Below are positions 49,691-62,982 of a stretch of 64,000 nt of DNA, piece by piece (position 1 is the stretch's first letter; each line of letters opens with the position of its first letter). A model generated the notes under the pieces. It was not told where the DNA came from and searched no databases. It saw only the letters and a program-made list of their open reading frames with translations. The DNA comes from Callorhinchus milii (lineage: Eukaryota). The stretch lies in NCBI RefSeq assembly GCF_018977255.1, contig NW_024704743.1, positions 114,392,001 through 114,456,000 on the forward strand, in the 5' to 3' direction. The translations under genes were made by a program, and so were the position numbers.

Positions 49691-51501
49691 GAGGGTTGGT
49701 GTGGAGGATGAGGGCATGGTTCACTCACAAAGCTGTTGTTAATGAAATACAGGTTTGTATCGCTTTTCAGTTATGTGTTATTGTTGGGGATAAGTCACAT
49801 ACTGCATTTTCAGCTCGGTGAGTGAGGAACTAGAGGGTTGATAAGGCACTAAATACAGATGTTCTGATAACTTCCTAATGGGTGATATGTTGTGGTTGTA
49901 GGTGTATATAGGACCAATGGTGCCAAAGTAAGATAAAGCAAATGTATAAATACAAAGATTATAATCTCCTACTGCTCCATCTCTAATATCCCTCAATTAA
50001 TTTCTTTACCAGCTATCTAATATAGCGAGATTGTAACGTAGAATGGTCTTGAGGCATTGAACAGTCAGTCGCAAGATGCTCTCCTACAGGGAGAGAGAAA
50101 ACTCAGAGACGTACAAACACACCACACGCCCTCTGGGTTAATCTCATTCACTTCATGAGATCAGAGTGCGTGTGGGTTAGAGAGACATAAGCAGAACCTG
50201 GGAAGCTCGTATGACAATAAATATATGAACATTTATAAAGGAAGTCATAGTTTAGAAATAAAAATATTATACATTATGACATTGATCTACAGCCTACCAT
50301 TATGAGTGTTTACAACAGAATATCCTAATCATTTAATAATCCCCAATATTTTGCAGGCTTGAGGGTGCTTTGAGACATTTCACCGACGTGATAAGGAGCT
50401 AAATTAGGGATTATTATTGTTATAATAATGCAAACCTTATGGAACTGTGTCACTGCCGCTGGCTGTATATCAGTCTAATCTTTGGTGCTTTTCTAATCCA
50501 ACAAAAACAAAATTAAACAATAAAACACTGCTATAGAATTTCTAGACTATATTGAGTTAGACTGAAAGATTTAACATTCTCACGTGAATCCTGATGAACC
50601 TATGTCTGAACTGTCTGGATCCCAGTTAGACTTCTATCCTTCTGCTGGAAGTACTCGGGAATATCTCACAGTAAATCTATTCTTTAAATACTCTCTATCT
50701 GTCTTAAATTCTGCCCCAAAAGTTACCTCTTCAATCATGTCTAAGGTCACCTCCCTTTCCTCCCTCCCCTTCTCTCCTCTCTCTTATGCCGTCATTATGA
50801 AGCGCTCTGAGACGTTATCCTACAACAGGGATGCGATATAAATACAAGTTCTTGCTTCTGGCTCAGAATTGTTTGGATCATTTTGACCTTTGTACAGTCA
50901 TCTACTCTACATACATCTTGCTCCTGTAGCAGGAGCCTGTATGAGGTTAGTTGCAGACTGACAGACGGGACACCAGATAAGATGTTCATTACGCAACCTT
51001 GGTAGGTTCACACCTTATGATTTAAACCAGACAGTCACAAGTTTCTCAGGTCTTACTGGGTCATGTTGGGCTGCGGCACACCTTATTGCAGGTTGAAACT
51101 GAACGACAGAGGCAATCCTTAATACCAGCTTAGTGGCAGGGAACCAGGAATACATTTTAGTGATCCCCAGAGGCACTGTTTGAGTACTGTTTCACAGGGA
51201 ACCACTCGAGTTAAGCCAGCATCCTATTTTTAACCTGCAGAAAAGCACAGTTCTCTGTGATTGGGAGCACAGATATCTATAGGCCTAACCATTCTGTTAA
51301 AGTGACTGGGGTGCATGAAAGCTTCTTCTGAAAAATCAGAGCACACTTGCACATTTGCAGTTCGATAGATACATGGAAGTCTGTGCATGGTTTCAGAGCA
51401 AGTCAGACCAACCAGTTGTGCACAAACAGTACAATCAGCTGATACAACTAACTAATAAAACTAGTAATAATCCTAATCATCAGAACTAGGCTGCTTCCTG
51501 A

Positions 51502-51965
51502 CAACAACAACAACAACAACAACAGAACTACATTTGTGTAGCGCCTTTCATGTCGGACGGATGTCCCAAAGTGCTGGACAATCAGCGTTTCGGACCGAGC
51601 AGGGGATCAGAATCGGGGAGGATGGAGGCTGGGGGGAAAGGAGGGTGACCAAAAGCACGGTTGAAGAGGAGGGTCTTGAGATGCGTTTTAAAGGAGGCAA
51701 GGGAGGGGTCGAGGCAGAGGGACTGCGGAATGGAGTTCCAGAGGGTGGGGGCAGAGTAGCAAAAGGCCCGCCAGCCAATAGTGAGGGGGGCGAGACGGGG
51801 GATGTGAAGCAGGCCGGAGCCCGCTGAGCGGAGGGAGCGGGCAGGTTGGTAGGGGGTTAGGAGACCGCAGAGGTAGTGGGGAGCAATGCCATGGAGAGCT
51901 TTGAAGGTGAGGACCAAGATCTTGATGAGCGGTTGGGGAGGCCTACAAGCAGGGAGTTGGAGTAC
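51502..51965 (-). mobile_element. L2 LINE 3' fragment
   Basis: KILVLTFKALHGIAPHYLCGLLTPYQPARSLRS...LWNSIPQSL..SFKTHLKTLLF; (AAC)n tail. Confidence 0.9.
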
Positions 51966-52415
51966 TGCTGACAGTACTGGCTTGGCATCAAGCTGGGGGG
52001 TGGGAGCCAAGAGATGTAGGGAGGGGAAAGAATGATCAAAAGCGTGGTCAAAGAGCTAGGTCTTGAGAGGGATCTTGAACGAGACGAGGGAAGGAGTGAA
52101 TAAAATAACGGAAGCCCTACAAATGCACCTTTCACTTTACTGCAAGCCATTTTTTTATGCATAGAGGTTTTTACTCACTCTCTCCAAGTGGTCCAGGCAC
52201 TGTTTGTTCGGGGGAATGTGACACCAGTGCTCCATCATCTGATTCTTCCATCAGATTGTCTCCCTGGAGTCTAGACCAAGAGGGGTAAGAGAACGCATTG
52301 TTATTTCAGGGTAACTTCTGCTGACCTTTGGCAAATCATGTGATTCAGGGTTTTAAAGAATTTTCATAACATGAAACATCATCTACATTGTTGAAACTTT
52401 CATGGTGGCAAGTGC

Positions 52416-52482
52416 AACAACAATAACAAAATTACATTTGTATAGCGCCTTTCACGTCGGGAGGACGTCCCAAAGCGCTGAG
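52416..52482 (-). mobile_element. Tail-only L2 insertion
   Basis: CAGCGCTTTGGGACGTCCTCCCGACGTGAAAGGCGCTATACAAATGTAATTTTGTTATTGTTG on the minus strand. Confidence 0.8.
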
Positions 52483-52575
52483 TAGTCAGTGTGACTCAAA
52501 CCAACTAGGTTACCAGAGCAGATCTTGCAGAGTCAATTTCAAGACGTGATTATTAATTTGAAATTGAGCAGTGAA

Positions 52576-53045
52576 ATAGAACTATAGAAATCTACAGCAC
52601 AGAAGAAGGTCATTCAGCGCATCGTGTCAGTGCCGGCTTCCTCAAGAGCAATCCTTTCAGTCCCATTTTACCTGACCTCTTCCCCATACCCCTGTAGTTC
52701 AGATATCTATCTATGCATTTTAGATATCTATCTATTTCTTTTGGAAAGCAAATATGGATTCTGCCTCAACCACAACTCCCGGCAGGGTATTCCATATCTT
52801 AACCACTCTGTGTTTGAAAATAAATTCTCCTAACTTCCCCATTTTCTTGTTTACTAACTATCTTAAACTGACTCCACCGAGCAGTTGAAATAATTTCTCC
52901 TGTTGAACATATCAAAACTCCTTACAATTTTAAAGATGTCGATCAGGTCACTGCTCAACCTTCTTTGTTCCAAAGGAAAAAGTCCCATTTTCTCCAGTCT
53001 CTGCTCACAGTACAAACCACTCAGCCCTAGTGTCATCCGAGTAAA
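52576..53045 (-). mobile_element. CR1 3' fragment
   Basis: RSFTRMTLGLSGLYCEQRLEKMGLFPLEQRRLSSDLIDIFKIV. Confidence 0.85.
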
Positions 53046-54104
53046 TGAACGCAAACTTTACTGAATTGTTTTTATAACATTAAAATGTTCAATTTGATGG
53101 TACCTAACAGGTTAGACAACAGCTTGGCAAAGAGACACAAGGGGGTGTCTAATCTTTGCCTGCAATAGGAATGTGTACACATCAGAACTGAACAGTTGCC
53201 TTCATCCCCTGGGAAGTCATTAAAGTTTACGATACTGCGCTCGCATCACCTCAGTGAATGGAGGCGAGTTTTTCAAAGTTAAGTGGGTGACCTTCTTATG
53301 ACTGAGGGGATTAACAAGCGCTCAGGGGGAAAAACGTAAATAGCAGTGAAAAAAACAGTGCGTCTCCTGCAGGGAACCTTCTGCATGACACGGTGACCCA
53401 TGAGAACTGAGCCCTGACCCAATATACAGGGAAACGGAGACGTGCAAACTGGCATGAGGGATAAAGTGATAGACAGAGGATCATGAGCCCCTTTTAGATT
53501 GTAGGAAAATCCTTTGTATCCTGTACCTCCTTTCCCCTCTAATAGCAATATAGGCGGGCGGAGGCAAACAAACCCTTTAAAAAATAAAAGGGTACAAAAC
53601 ACCCAGGTCTTCTGCTTACTGAATCTAACTGCAAAAACACTTACAGCTTGAGCTTACAGACCTAATGAACTAAACTAAACAGCACAGTGCCGTTTCTGTT
53701 GAATGAATAGCTCATTTATCATTTACTTAGGAAGAATATTCCCTTGGTCAGAATCGAAACATATGACAGAGTTAACTGTACAGTGGAAAATTACGTACAA
53801 ATAAGGATTTATTTGCTCTGTCTATGGTAACTGTAACTACGACCGCATGGCGTGTGTTGGGAGGTTGAGGGAAGCAAAAAAACGATTTAAACAATGAATA
53901 TCTCCTACAAGCAGGAGTTTTTATTAAATGTCATTTCATTGCCTACGTGGAGGGAATACTTTATATTGAAGGTAATGCACATCCCAGCACCTTTAAACAC
54001 CTCATCAAATCCTAGAACACACATATTGCTGAGACACATGATTGATCCCCTGTGATTTTCTCTCCTGGGAAATTTCGACATTAAGGAGGTGATATGAATT
54101 GTCC

Positions 54105-54349
54105 AGGCCTTGAAATTTCTCTTGATAGTCTTTTCAAGAGAGTGGTCTTGAAATTTGACAGTGTTCAAGAATTCGGGGAAAACACTCCTTGGATTTTGCT
54201 TAATTTAAACAATTTTCCGCAGTGCTGAAAAATCCCTGTATAAAATCGGCTTCTGAATTGAGGCTAAATTCAATACTGTTCAAGATTCCATGGTCTTCTA
54301 TTTGAAGGCAATGGTCTCAAGCCTAAGTACTTGAGAAATTTCAGGTCCT
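54105..54349. mobile_element. MITE-like element
   Basis: AGGCCTTGAAATTTCTC (54105-54121) matches the reverse complement of GAGAAATTTCAGGTCCT (54333-54349) at 15/17 positions. Confidence 0.4.
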
Positions 54350-54384
54350 AGATTTGCAGAACATAGTCTTCAGAATTACATCTC

Positions 54385-54740
54385 AGCCCCAAAATATTTC
54401 ACAGTCTTAGCCTCAAGACTGTTATGTTGCACTGCATTGTCTAAGGTGCTGTCCTTTGAATAAGTCTTTAAACTAAGTCTGCCTGATTAGACGAATGTTA
54501 AAGATCCAATGGCACTACTTGAAGAGAAAGGAGTTTCTGCTCGTGTCCTGGCCAACATTTCCACCCAAATAAAATTGCTCATTTACTTCATGGTTGTTTG
54601 TGAGACATTGCTGTGTGCAAATTGGTTGCTGTGTTTGTCTCCAAAATACAGTCACTACTCTTTACAGTGAATCCTGTGAAGTGCCTTCAGTCCTCCCGAC
54701 ATGAAAAGCACAACATCAAATGTAAGGATCATTACTATTT
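54385..54740 (+). mobile_element. Deu-type SINE fragment
   Basis: GTTAAAGATCCAATGGCACTACTTGAAGAG..GTGTCCTGGCCAAC core and tail. Confidence 0.75.
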
Positions 54741-56225
54741 ACTTATTAATTAATATTTGGTTGTTACTTGTTATAAGCCAATACTTTGACACTTTGTGTC
54801 AAGGTCAATATTTAAGTTGGTGTATGTTGTTACTTACCCACTTAAATCTAAAAAAAACTATCATTGTGTGGAGGAAGGAAGCATTTTGCACTAAAACACA
54901 TTGTAATTACAAGCCTCTTTCATTAACCACAGCCTTGAAAGACTTTGTTCACTCTGGTGCAAACCGTCTTTACTTGTAAATGATGGAGATTAAGCTCAGT
55001 CCAAGTGCGTGAAGCGAGGTGTTTCATGCATCGTTGAAACTGCAAAGCCAATCGCAAAATCGTTAATATCCATTTGCAGTTCTTTCAATCTCAGATTGCG
55101 TCTGTTAATACAATCTTATGTTTTACATTGCAGATACTATAGCTGTTTCTTACATCTGTCTAGCTATTGAACTGCTAGGAATGTTCCGGCTATAGGCAAG
55201 TGATCTGTATCTCCACTACTGACTATCTGTCTCTGGCATCAGTATTCATCAGTGCATGAACTAAGAAAACTAAACAGCATATTAAATCATAATTCTAATC
55301 TGATTGCTACTGTATGAAACAGGAAGAATAACCAGTGAACCAAGGACCAGTAGCAAAGTCAGAGATAAGACTACAAAATGTTACAATGAACTGAAAAGAG
55401 ATCATTTACAAACTAGCCTTGTTATATACCTGAGGAAGTCTTAAAACACAATGCTAGGAATGCATTGACATTTGTAAGAAGAATAGGTTTTGCATGACTC
55501 GGAGTGACAGAAGAGATAGAGAGGAATATTTATGATATAATAAAAAGGCTAAGATTGAACCTTGGCTGACATGAAATAACAAAACTGTAGAATGCTTACA
55601 AAAGAGCACACAGACGAAGGCCAATCAGCCCATTGTGTGTAGGTTAATGCTAACTTCTCCACTGGAGCTATCCGCTCTTATCTCAATGCTCTGCTCTTAC
55701 CCCGAATCTTTCAATTTTTTTCCTTCAATTCCCATTCAAAACAATATTCTTCCTACCGTGCTTTTTTTATGGATTATTTTGAGGTTTACAATCCTCTTAT
55801 TACTGATTTACGATCAGTAGAAAGAGTCACTTTCTAATTCTATCAAGACCTCATTTGATGAGCTTCGAGAAAAGACCCCTTTCACATTTAGAAATTCCTA
55901 AATTCCTAAAAATTCCCTGACTTTATTCAGTCAGAACCTTCCCATGTTCCTATTAATAGTGAAATGAGGTAACTTGAAAATTATAGTAATAATAATCCTT
56001 GCGACTGAAATAGCACCTTATCAAATCATTGAAATGCCATCATCACTTTACAGGATTTACTATAAAGAATAGTGACTGTATTTGAGCAACTCATTACTGC
56101 AGAGAAATTCCACCTAGATTCACTCTATCTGTAAGTCTTAAAAAAACTTACAGAAAAACAGTTACATATTCAGAAAACCAGCTCCATATATAGGCTGCAT
56201 TTAAAAATCTGCTCTGAAATCTGCG

Positions 56226-56660
56226 TTAAAGTCTAAATCTGGACCTATAGTTCCAATGCACCCTCAGTTCTCTCAAAAGGCTTAAATTCAAATGTTTTTC
56301 AAATGCCATCTGGAAATGCAAATGGATCTGAGTTGCTATATAGTCCTCCTTCATTAAGTTAGTTACCTCATCCATTAATTTAGTTACCTCCTCCAAGAAT
56401 TCTAGTAGATTCATGAAGCATGGCTTATTGCTTCTGAAACCATGCGGACCGTCCCTTATGGACTCTGCACTCTTTAGATGAAGAACGATAATATCTTTTA
56501 AAATGCTTTCAAGCGTTTCCCCATTACCAATGTTAGACTGACCGCTCTCCAATACTCTGATTCATGTCTTACTCCTTTTAAGAATATCAAGATAAAAGTC
56601 TTAGCTCTCTAGGTCTCATTTACAATGCCTGGTTTCAATGGAGATCCTAAAAATACTAAC
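56226..56660 (-). mobile_element. Old CR1 RT fragment
   Basis: LESILKDIIVLHL..IRDGPHGFRSNKPCFMNLLEFLEEVT. Confidence 0.8.
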
Positions 56661-57702
56661 CCAAACTTCTGTTTCCTATCCTAGTATGTTCACTAAAAGG
56701 TGTATAAAACCACCATCAATCATACTCTTTACCCAACTCTGTGGGTGAACGCCTGTCAGTTATTTGCTTGCACATGTTTCATGTTTCCTCTACCAGTGCA
56801 CCTTATTTTACAGTTTTCTACCTTAAATTCAATCTATAATTCCTTAGTCTCTTTGCTTAAATTGTTCAAGGATCTTGCATCTGCTTATCACCTGAATATG
56901 TCATGTGAAAAAGATATCATAATAATAAATAATAATCCTTGCATTTGATACAGCATTTTAGCACATTTCTGAAACGGCTCGAAGTACAGGATCTACTGTT
57001 TGTAGGCTGTTCTTTTATCTGTATTGATAAATAATATAGAGGTGAAAAATGCAACATTTGATGTGATATTTCTCACTAGTGATAATTAGCACATTGCTGA
57101 AAATTGCAGTTCAACCGAGTCATTAAACATCGACTGGTTTTGTGTGTAACACACCTTCCTCCAACTTTGACATAATGATTTGACCCGAAGATAGCTAAAA
57201 CTTCTGAACACAGTTGTCAGTCATGGGACACAATGTCACCGTCACTTTGCAGGGTACAGTACCAGCCTACCTATGTTATGCTGTATCGGGGGGGAGGGTA
57301 GGGAGGGAGGGGTGGGCGGGCGGACAGAGAGGATATTCAAATCAGAAACTAGTTAAGAATTAAGAACTAATTAAGAACCAGTCTGCATCACAAGTTTCAT
57401 CGATGTGACAACTATCACTAGTAATTACATTTTTTATCCTGTTATTCCTAATAGAACTCTGTCTCTGTCCTTTGGCAGAATTCCACTGAAGATTGGGTTT
57501 CTCTACTCTCAGGGTTGCTCAGTGTCATTACTGGCAAGAAGAGAGATGCGTTGTGCATCTCAGAGCAGCTCAATTTACTGCAACTGCATCAACATAAGAG
57601 CTGATCCTCAGCCACCCAACGCCAGAAAAGGATGGTCTGAGTGACTAAAAACGGCCGTGCTGTCTTTGTTTCCAGAATCACGAAAGTTACACCCCTGCAT
57701 AC

Positions 57703-58042
57703 AAATAATCCTTGCATTTGATCCATTGCCTTATTACATTGTTGAGATGTCTCAATGCACTCAGCAGGATTTTACTGTGTAGTGTAGTGACTGTGTATTT
57801 GTAGGCAAACACTACAGCCCAGATTTGTACATAACAATTTCCCACAAACAGCCATGAAGTGAATGACCATTTCTTTTATTTGGTAGATTGTTGGCCAGGA
57901 GACAAGGAGAAATTCTCTTTGAATAATACCATGGGATTTTTACCATCCAACTAAACAGGCAGAAGTTACCTCGGATTCACTCGTCATCTGAAGGATGGCA
58001 CCGTAATAACAATGCAGCACTCACCCAACACTGCATTGTAGT
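57703..58042 (-). mobile_element. Deu-type SINE
   Basis: Core and tail match 34632-35062. Confidence 0.75.
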
Positions 58043-59254
58043 GAACTCAAAACACCTAGACTATTAGGAGTCTAACATTAGGAGAATAAAAATAATTCTT
58101 CCATTTGATATTGAATGTTTCACTTTAGAAGGATGTCTCAAAGCGTGTAAAGTGTAGTTTAATTGAAGTGTGATGCTGCATTTTGTAGGCAAATGCAGGA
58201 GTTCAAATTCCCAACATGGGGCATGAACCCACACAAAAAAATTATTTAAAAAAAATTACATTTGAATTAAATTTTACTTAGTGAATTCTGAATCATAGGT
58301 GAGAGTAGTACAGGCTGAGCCTCACTGACACCTATTCTATGGAAACAGGGAGGGACACAGAACAGACTCAGTTAGTCAGTGCCCTGCAGCGAGAGCCATG
58401 TCCTCTTTACCTCACTTTGATTGCCAAATCCATTTTTAAATTGAAAGCCATTAAATTGAGATTATTTGCAATTAATCTCACAAATCTTAATGTCCTTTAG
58501 CAGCCTCAAATGTAGAACTTTAGCAAATTCCTTTTGAAAATCCAATTAAATTATATCTAAATTCATCTGGTAATTTAATTACCTCCTCAAAGAATTCCAG
58601 TACATTTGTGAAGCATAACCTACTGCTTCCAATACCAATTGTGTCTACTAGCATGCAAATGATTGCAGTGGCCTCGGCACTCCTTAGATGGTTATACAAT
58701 TTTGTTGCTAGATGTAAATGGTCAACCAAAGTATCCAGATTATTCGGACAATAAATGATAATAATAATAATTAATAAGACCAATAACACTGCCATGTTCC
58801 ATGTTGCATACGAATGGATGTTACTTTTCTAATAATAATAATCCTTCCACTTGATATAGCTCATTCCACTTCAGGAGATCATCTCAAAGTGCTTCACTGG
58901 ATTACTTTAAAGTGTGTATATTTTTTATAGGCATACACAGCAGTTAATTTAAACTGACACTGAAGTGTCAGCCTAGACTGCGAGTTTAAATTCCTGATGT
59001 GGGGCTTGAACTCAGAACCTTCTGACTCATGCTTAGCGGCTGAAATGAGTGAAACACTTATCAATCCCTTCAACCACTTGAATTAAGTCTTAAAACTTTT
59101 CCAACTAAGGCAACGTGACCTGTTATAAAATCAGCAAGTAGCCTGTCTGGTGGCAAGATCAGATTCCCATTTATTTCAAGATGTACGCAATTTGTCAATT
59201 GAAATTCCACCTGGATCTATATGTAATTTGATCACATCTATATGTAACCTAAGA

Positions 59255-59520
59255 ATAATCCTTGCATTTGATATAGCTACTTATCACTTCGTCGAGATGT
59301 CTCAAAGCGCTTCACAGGATATACTGTAAAGTGAATTGACTGTATATTTTGCAGGTGAAACCCGGCAGCCAGTTGCACACAGCAGTGTCCCACAAACAGC
59401 AGTGGATGAGTGACCAAATTATTATTTTTTTTGAAGGGATTATTACCCCCGGACAAGAAAGTGATATGCCAATCGACTAATAACCAGGTTCCTACTTACT
59501 GCCAGGTAAACAGAGGGGTG
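59255..59520 (-). mobile_element. Older long variant of the tRNA-Ala SINE (5'-truncated)
   Basis: Carries the same extra central segment as 41500-41815 (CTCTGTTTACCTGGCAGTAAGTAGGAACCTGG on the minus strand). Confidence 0.8.
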
Positions 59521-59776
59521 GGGGATGTCCTCCCGACCTCAAAGGTGCTTTACAAACGTAAAATTGTAACTTCAGCCTAATTTTCTTGTTCTTTTTGTGC
59601 CCGCTTGGAAATATTTCAAAGCAGAAAAACATCACAGAGTCCCTTTACAAACAGGGATTATTCTGAATTTACTTCTGTTACAGATTTATCACTGCACTAT
59701 TGCTTTTTGTGCGTCTCTTCTGTATCTATGAAATGCTGTACAAAACCACACGAGCAAAAGAAAACACAGACCATAT

Positions 59777-61711
59777 AACAACAACAAGATTTCATTTATA
59801 GAGCGCCTTTCACGTCGGGAGGACGTCCCAAGACGCTGGACAGTTGGGTCAGTACCCGAGCAGGGGGGAAATGGTCAGGGTGAGTGGAGGGAAGGGAGGG
59901 AGGGAGCGAGGAGGGGGTAGAGAGTCGAGAGGGGAGCTGAAGGCACAGTCAAAGAGAAAGGTCTTGAGACCGGCCTTGAAGGAGGAAAGGGAGGAGGCGG
60001 CGAAGGCACTGGGGGATGGAGTTCCAGAGCCTGGGGGTTGAGAGGCTGAAGGCCCGGCCACAGTTGGCAGGGTGGTTGGGGCGGGGGTTGTTGAGCAGAC
60101 TGGAGCCAGAGGAACGGAGGGTACGGGCAGGTAGGTAGGGGGATAGTAGGTCGGAGAGGTAGGAGGGAGCAAGGCCGTGAATGGCCTTGTAGGTGAGGAT
60201 GAGGATCTTGAATTCGATCCTCTGGGGGATGGGGAGCCAGTGGAGGCGAGCGAGGGTGGGAGTGATGTGGTCCCGAAGCCTGGTGCGGGACAGTACACGA
60301 GCTGCAGAGTTCTGAATGACCTGCAGCTTGTGGAGGGAGGTGCGGGAAGGCCGGCGAGGAGAGAGTTCCCATAGTCCAGCCTTGAGGTGATAAAGGCGTG
60401 GACCAGAGTTTCAGCAGCGTGAGGGGTGAGGTAGTGCCGTAGTCTGGCGATGTTCCGGAGGTGATGGAAGGCAGTGCCAGTTGTGGCGCGGATATGAGGA
60501 AGAAAGGACAGCTCAGGGTCGAACAGAGCACCGAGGTTCCTGACTGGCTTTGAGAGGTGGAGAGTGCAGCCTTGGATGCTGATGCTGTCAGCGCCTGAGG
60601 TGCGGAGGCGCTGACGCGAGCCAATCAGGAGGGTCTCAGTTTTGCGCACGTTGAGCTGAAGAAAGTTGTCTCTCGTCCAGGACTCGATGTCAGACAGGCG
60701 GACTGTCAGGACATCGGTGGTCGTGGAGTTGAGGGTAGAGGAGGAAAGGTAGAGTTGGGTGTCATCCGCATACATGTGGAAGTTAACCCCATGTCTGCGG
60801 ATGATGTCACCAAGGGGGAGCATATAGAGGGTGAAGAGGAGGGGACCGAGGACAGAGTCCTGAGGGGCACCACACGAGACAGTGCGGGGGCTGGAGGAAA
60901 AGCCGTTTGTGGAACAAAATGAAGACGGTGGGAGAGGTACGACCTAAACCACTCAAGGACAGGGCCTTGAAGGTTGAGGTGGGAGGACAAGCAGTGGAGG
61001 AGGATAACGTGGTCGACCGTATCAAATGCTGCCGATAGGTCGAGGAGGACGAGGAGGTAGAGGGAGCCCTGGTCGCAGATGGTCAAGATGTCATTGGTGA
61101 CCTTGACCAGGGCGGTTTCTGTGCTATGGGTAGCACGGAAACTCGACTGAAGGGGTTCAAATAATGAATGGGTGGAGAGGAAAGAGCGCAGCTGGGGGGC
61201 GACAACTCTTTCAAGGACCTTGGACAGGAAGGGGAGGTTGGAGATGGGCCGGTAGCTTGATAGCTGCGACGCATCAAGGGAGGGTTTTTTCAAAGTGGGA
61301 GTGATGGTGGCAGTTTTTAGGGGAATGGGAACAGAGCCAGAGGAGAGGGACAGGTTGATGATGTCTGTGATAAGTGGGGCAAGAATGTGGAGCTGAGATA
61401 TAAAGAGTGGAGTGGGGATGGGGTCAAGGGAGCAGGTGGTGGGTTTCAGGGACAGGATGAGTTTGGTGACAGAGGGTGGGGAAACGGGTTTGAAGGTGTG
61501 TAGGGGAGGATGGGTAGGAGTCGGAGTGTGGGAGGGAAGGGGTGGGGGGTGGGTGGAGGTTGGAGGGGGAGTGACCACGGAGCGGATTCCCTTGATTTTG
61601 GATTCAAGGAAATCCAGCATCTCCTCACAGTGAAGGTTGGAGGAGATGACCTGCGCGGAGTGGCGGAGGGGACGGAAGAGTCAGGATGTGGTAGAGAACA
61701 GAAGCCTGGGG
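59777..61711 (-). mobile_element. 5'-truncated L2 LINE (~1.9 kb) with frameshifted ORF2 reverse transcriptase
   Basis: [67 protein letters not shown] across shifted frames. (AAC)n tail; TSD TAACAACA at 59776-59783 and 61712-61719. Confidence 0.97.
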
Positions 61712-62812
61712 TAACAACATCTTAAACTACTGGGGTAGCTGTATACCATCAAATTTAAAAGATTTTTACTTTTCTATAACTCGCAAATGTCCAGATGGTA
61801 GGAGGCTATTACAGCCAGGATAATGTGCTGAAGTATAGGCTGCTGAAAAAAATCAATGTTTACAAAATGCATTTGCCAGGGTTTTACGTAGAGTAACTCA
61901 TGCCTGCCTGTACCTGCCTTGTAAAGTCCCTATTGTTTCTTGGAATGATGCAAATCTCACATCAGCTTGGCTTCTTTTTGTAAGATTAAATCAATAAATC
62001 CACGACTGTCTCTATAAAAAAAAACACCCATGTAAATATGGGTAAGTGTATGGTAACATGGTCAGAGATCAATGGTGGCTAGACTGCTGATGATGCTCTT
62101 AGACAAGTATGAGCATGCACAGGCTAAAGATAAGACTTGAGACGACTGATGTGACTTGAGGAATGATGAGCCACGTTGAGCAATGAGGGGTAAGAATTAC
62201 AATTATCTGAACTCAAGGGTTAGGATCAGCTACAATGGAGATTTGGACAGGCCATACATCCCTACCAGGTCCTGGAGGTTAAACTCACTATGTTAATACT
62301 GGAAAATGAAACATAGCGTGTTTAAAAATCCATGCACTAGGAATAAAGCTTAATGCTAACTCAGGGATATTTTTCTGTGGGTGCTGGGGAGCTGGACTTA
62401 ATTATAGCAACAATGATAATTTATCTGTAAATCCTTAGATGCGGAGACTACCTATTTGAAAAAAAAGAGTATTCAGATAACATTTATAAAACAAAATTGC
62501 TCAAAATATGAGAGCTCTATTGACGGTTGTTCAGTATGTAGGAGTACGAGAGTTAGTGTAGGACTATTTGTTTGTTATATTTCGTGACAAACTAAGTGAA
62601 CTGCAATCTGCTGACATTACTTCCTGCCCACTGGACACACATGCCATGCACAAGAAGGGGCTTTGATGTCACTTCTTACACAATTCATGTTGCAGAGCCT
62701 CTAGTAGATCGGTGCTCTAAGCGAGGCAGTGCTATAACAGGGTTACCCTGTACATCCACAGAATGGTATTATGGTCAAGGACAGGGGTGGTACTATATTT
62801 TTTTTACTGTAC

Positions 62813-62982
62813 CTGGCACACCTTGAACAGATGTTGAGAGTCACTTTGGCCAGAGGTTCTGTAGAGTAACCACTTCGTCCTTGGCTAAACTTGCTCCCAG
62901 AAGCGCATGGCCAATGATGCCTTCCATTCTCAAGTCATCCAGATCCTCTGCAATTCAAAGAGAATTTAATGAAGGAGAATGT
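62813..62982 (-). other. Candidate 5' (probably untranslated) exon containing a 28-aa ORF
   Basis: Acceptor tttttatttgttttgcag (alternative ttctctttgaattgcag before 62947), donor CAG|gtacag. Non-repetitive; stops in all frames from the first acceptor. Confidence 0.4.

Noticed and set aside
54838..54847. 10-nt micro-exon (ttttttttag|ATTTAAGTGG|gtaagt, minus strand)
   Set aside because: Not frame-preserving and short motifs are common; no supporting evidence.
59849..61620. Functional reverse transcriptase gene, retron or diversity-generating system
   Set aside because: Ordinary L2 ORF2: 5'-truncated, no endonuclease domain, and split by frameshifts.
10455..61711. Strand bias of L2 copies toward the minus strand
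   Set aside because: Too few copies, and several are on the plus strand; not demonstrable by eye.
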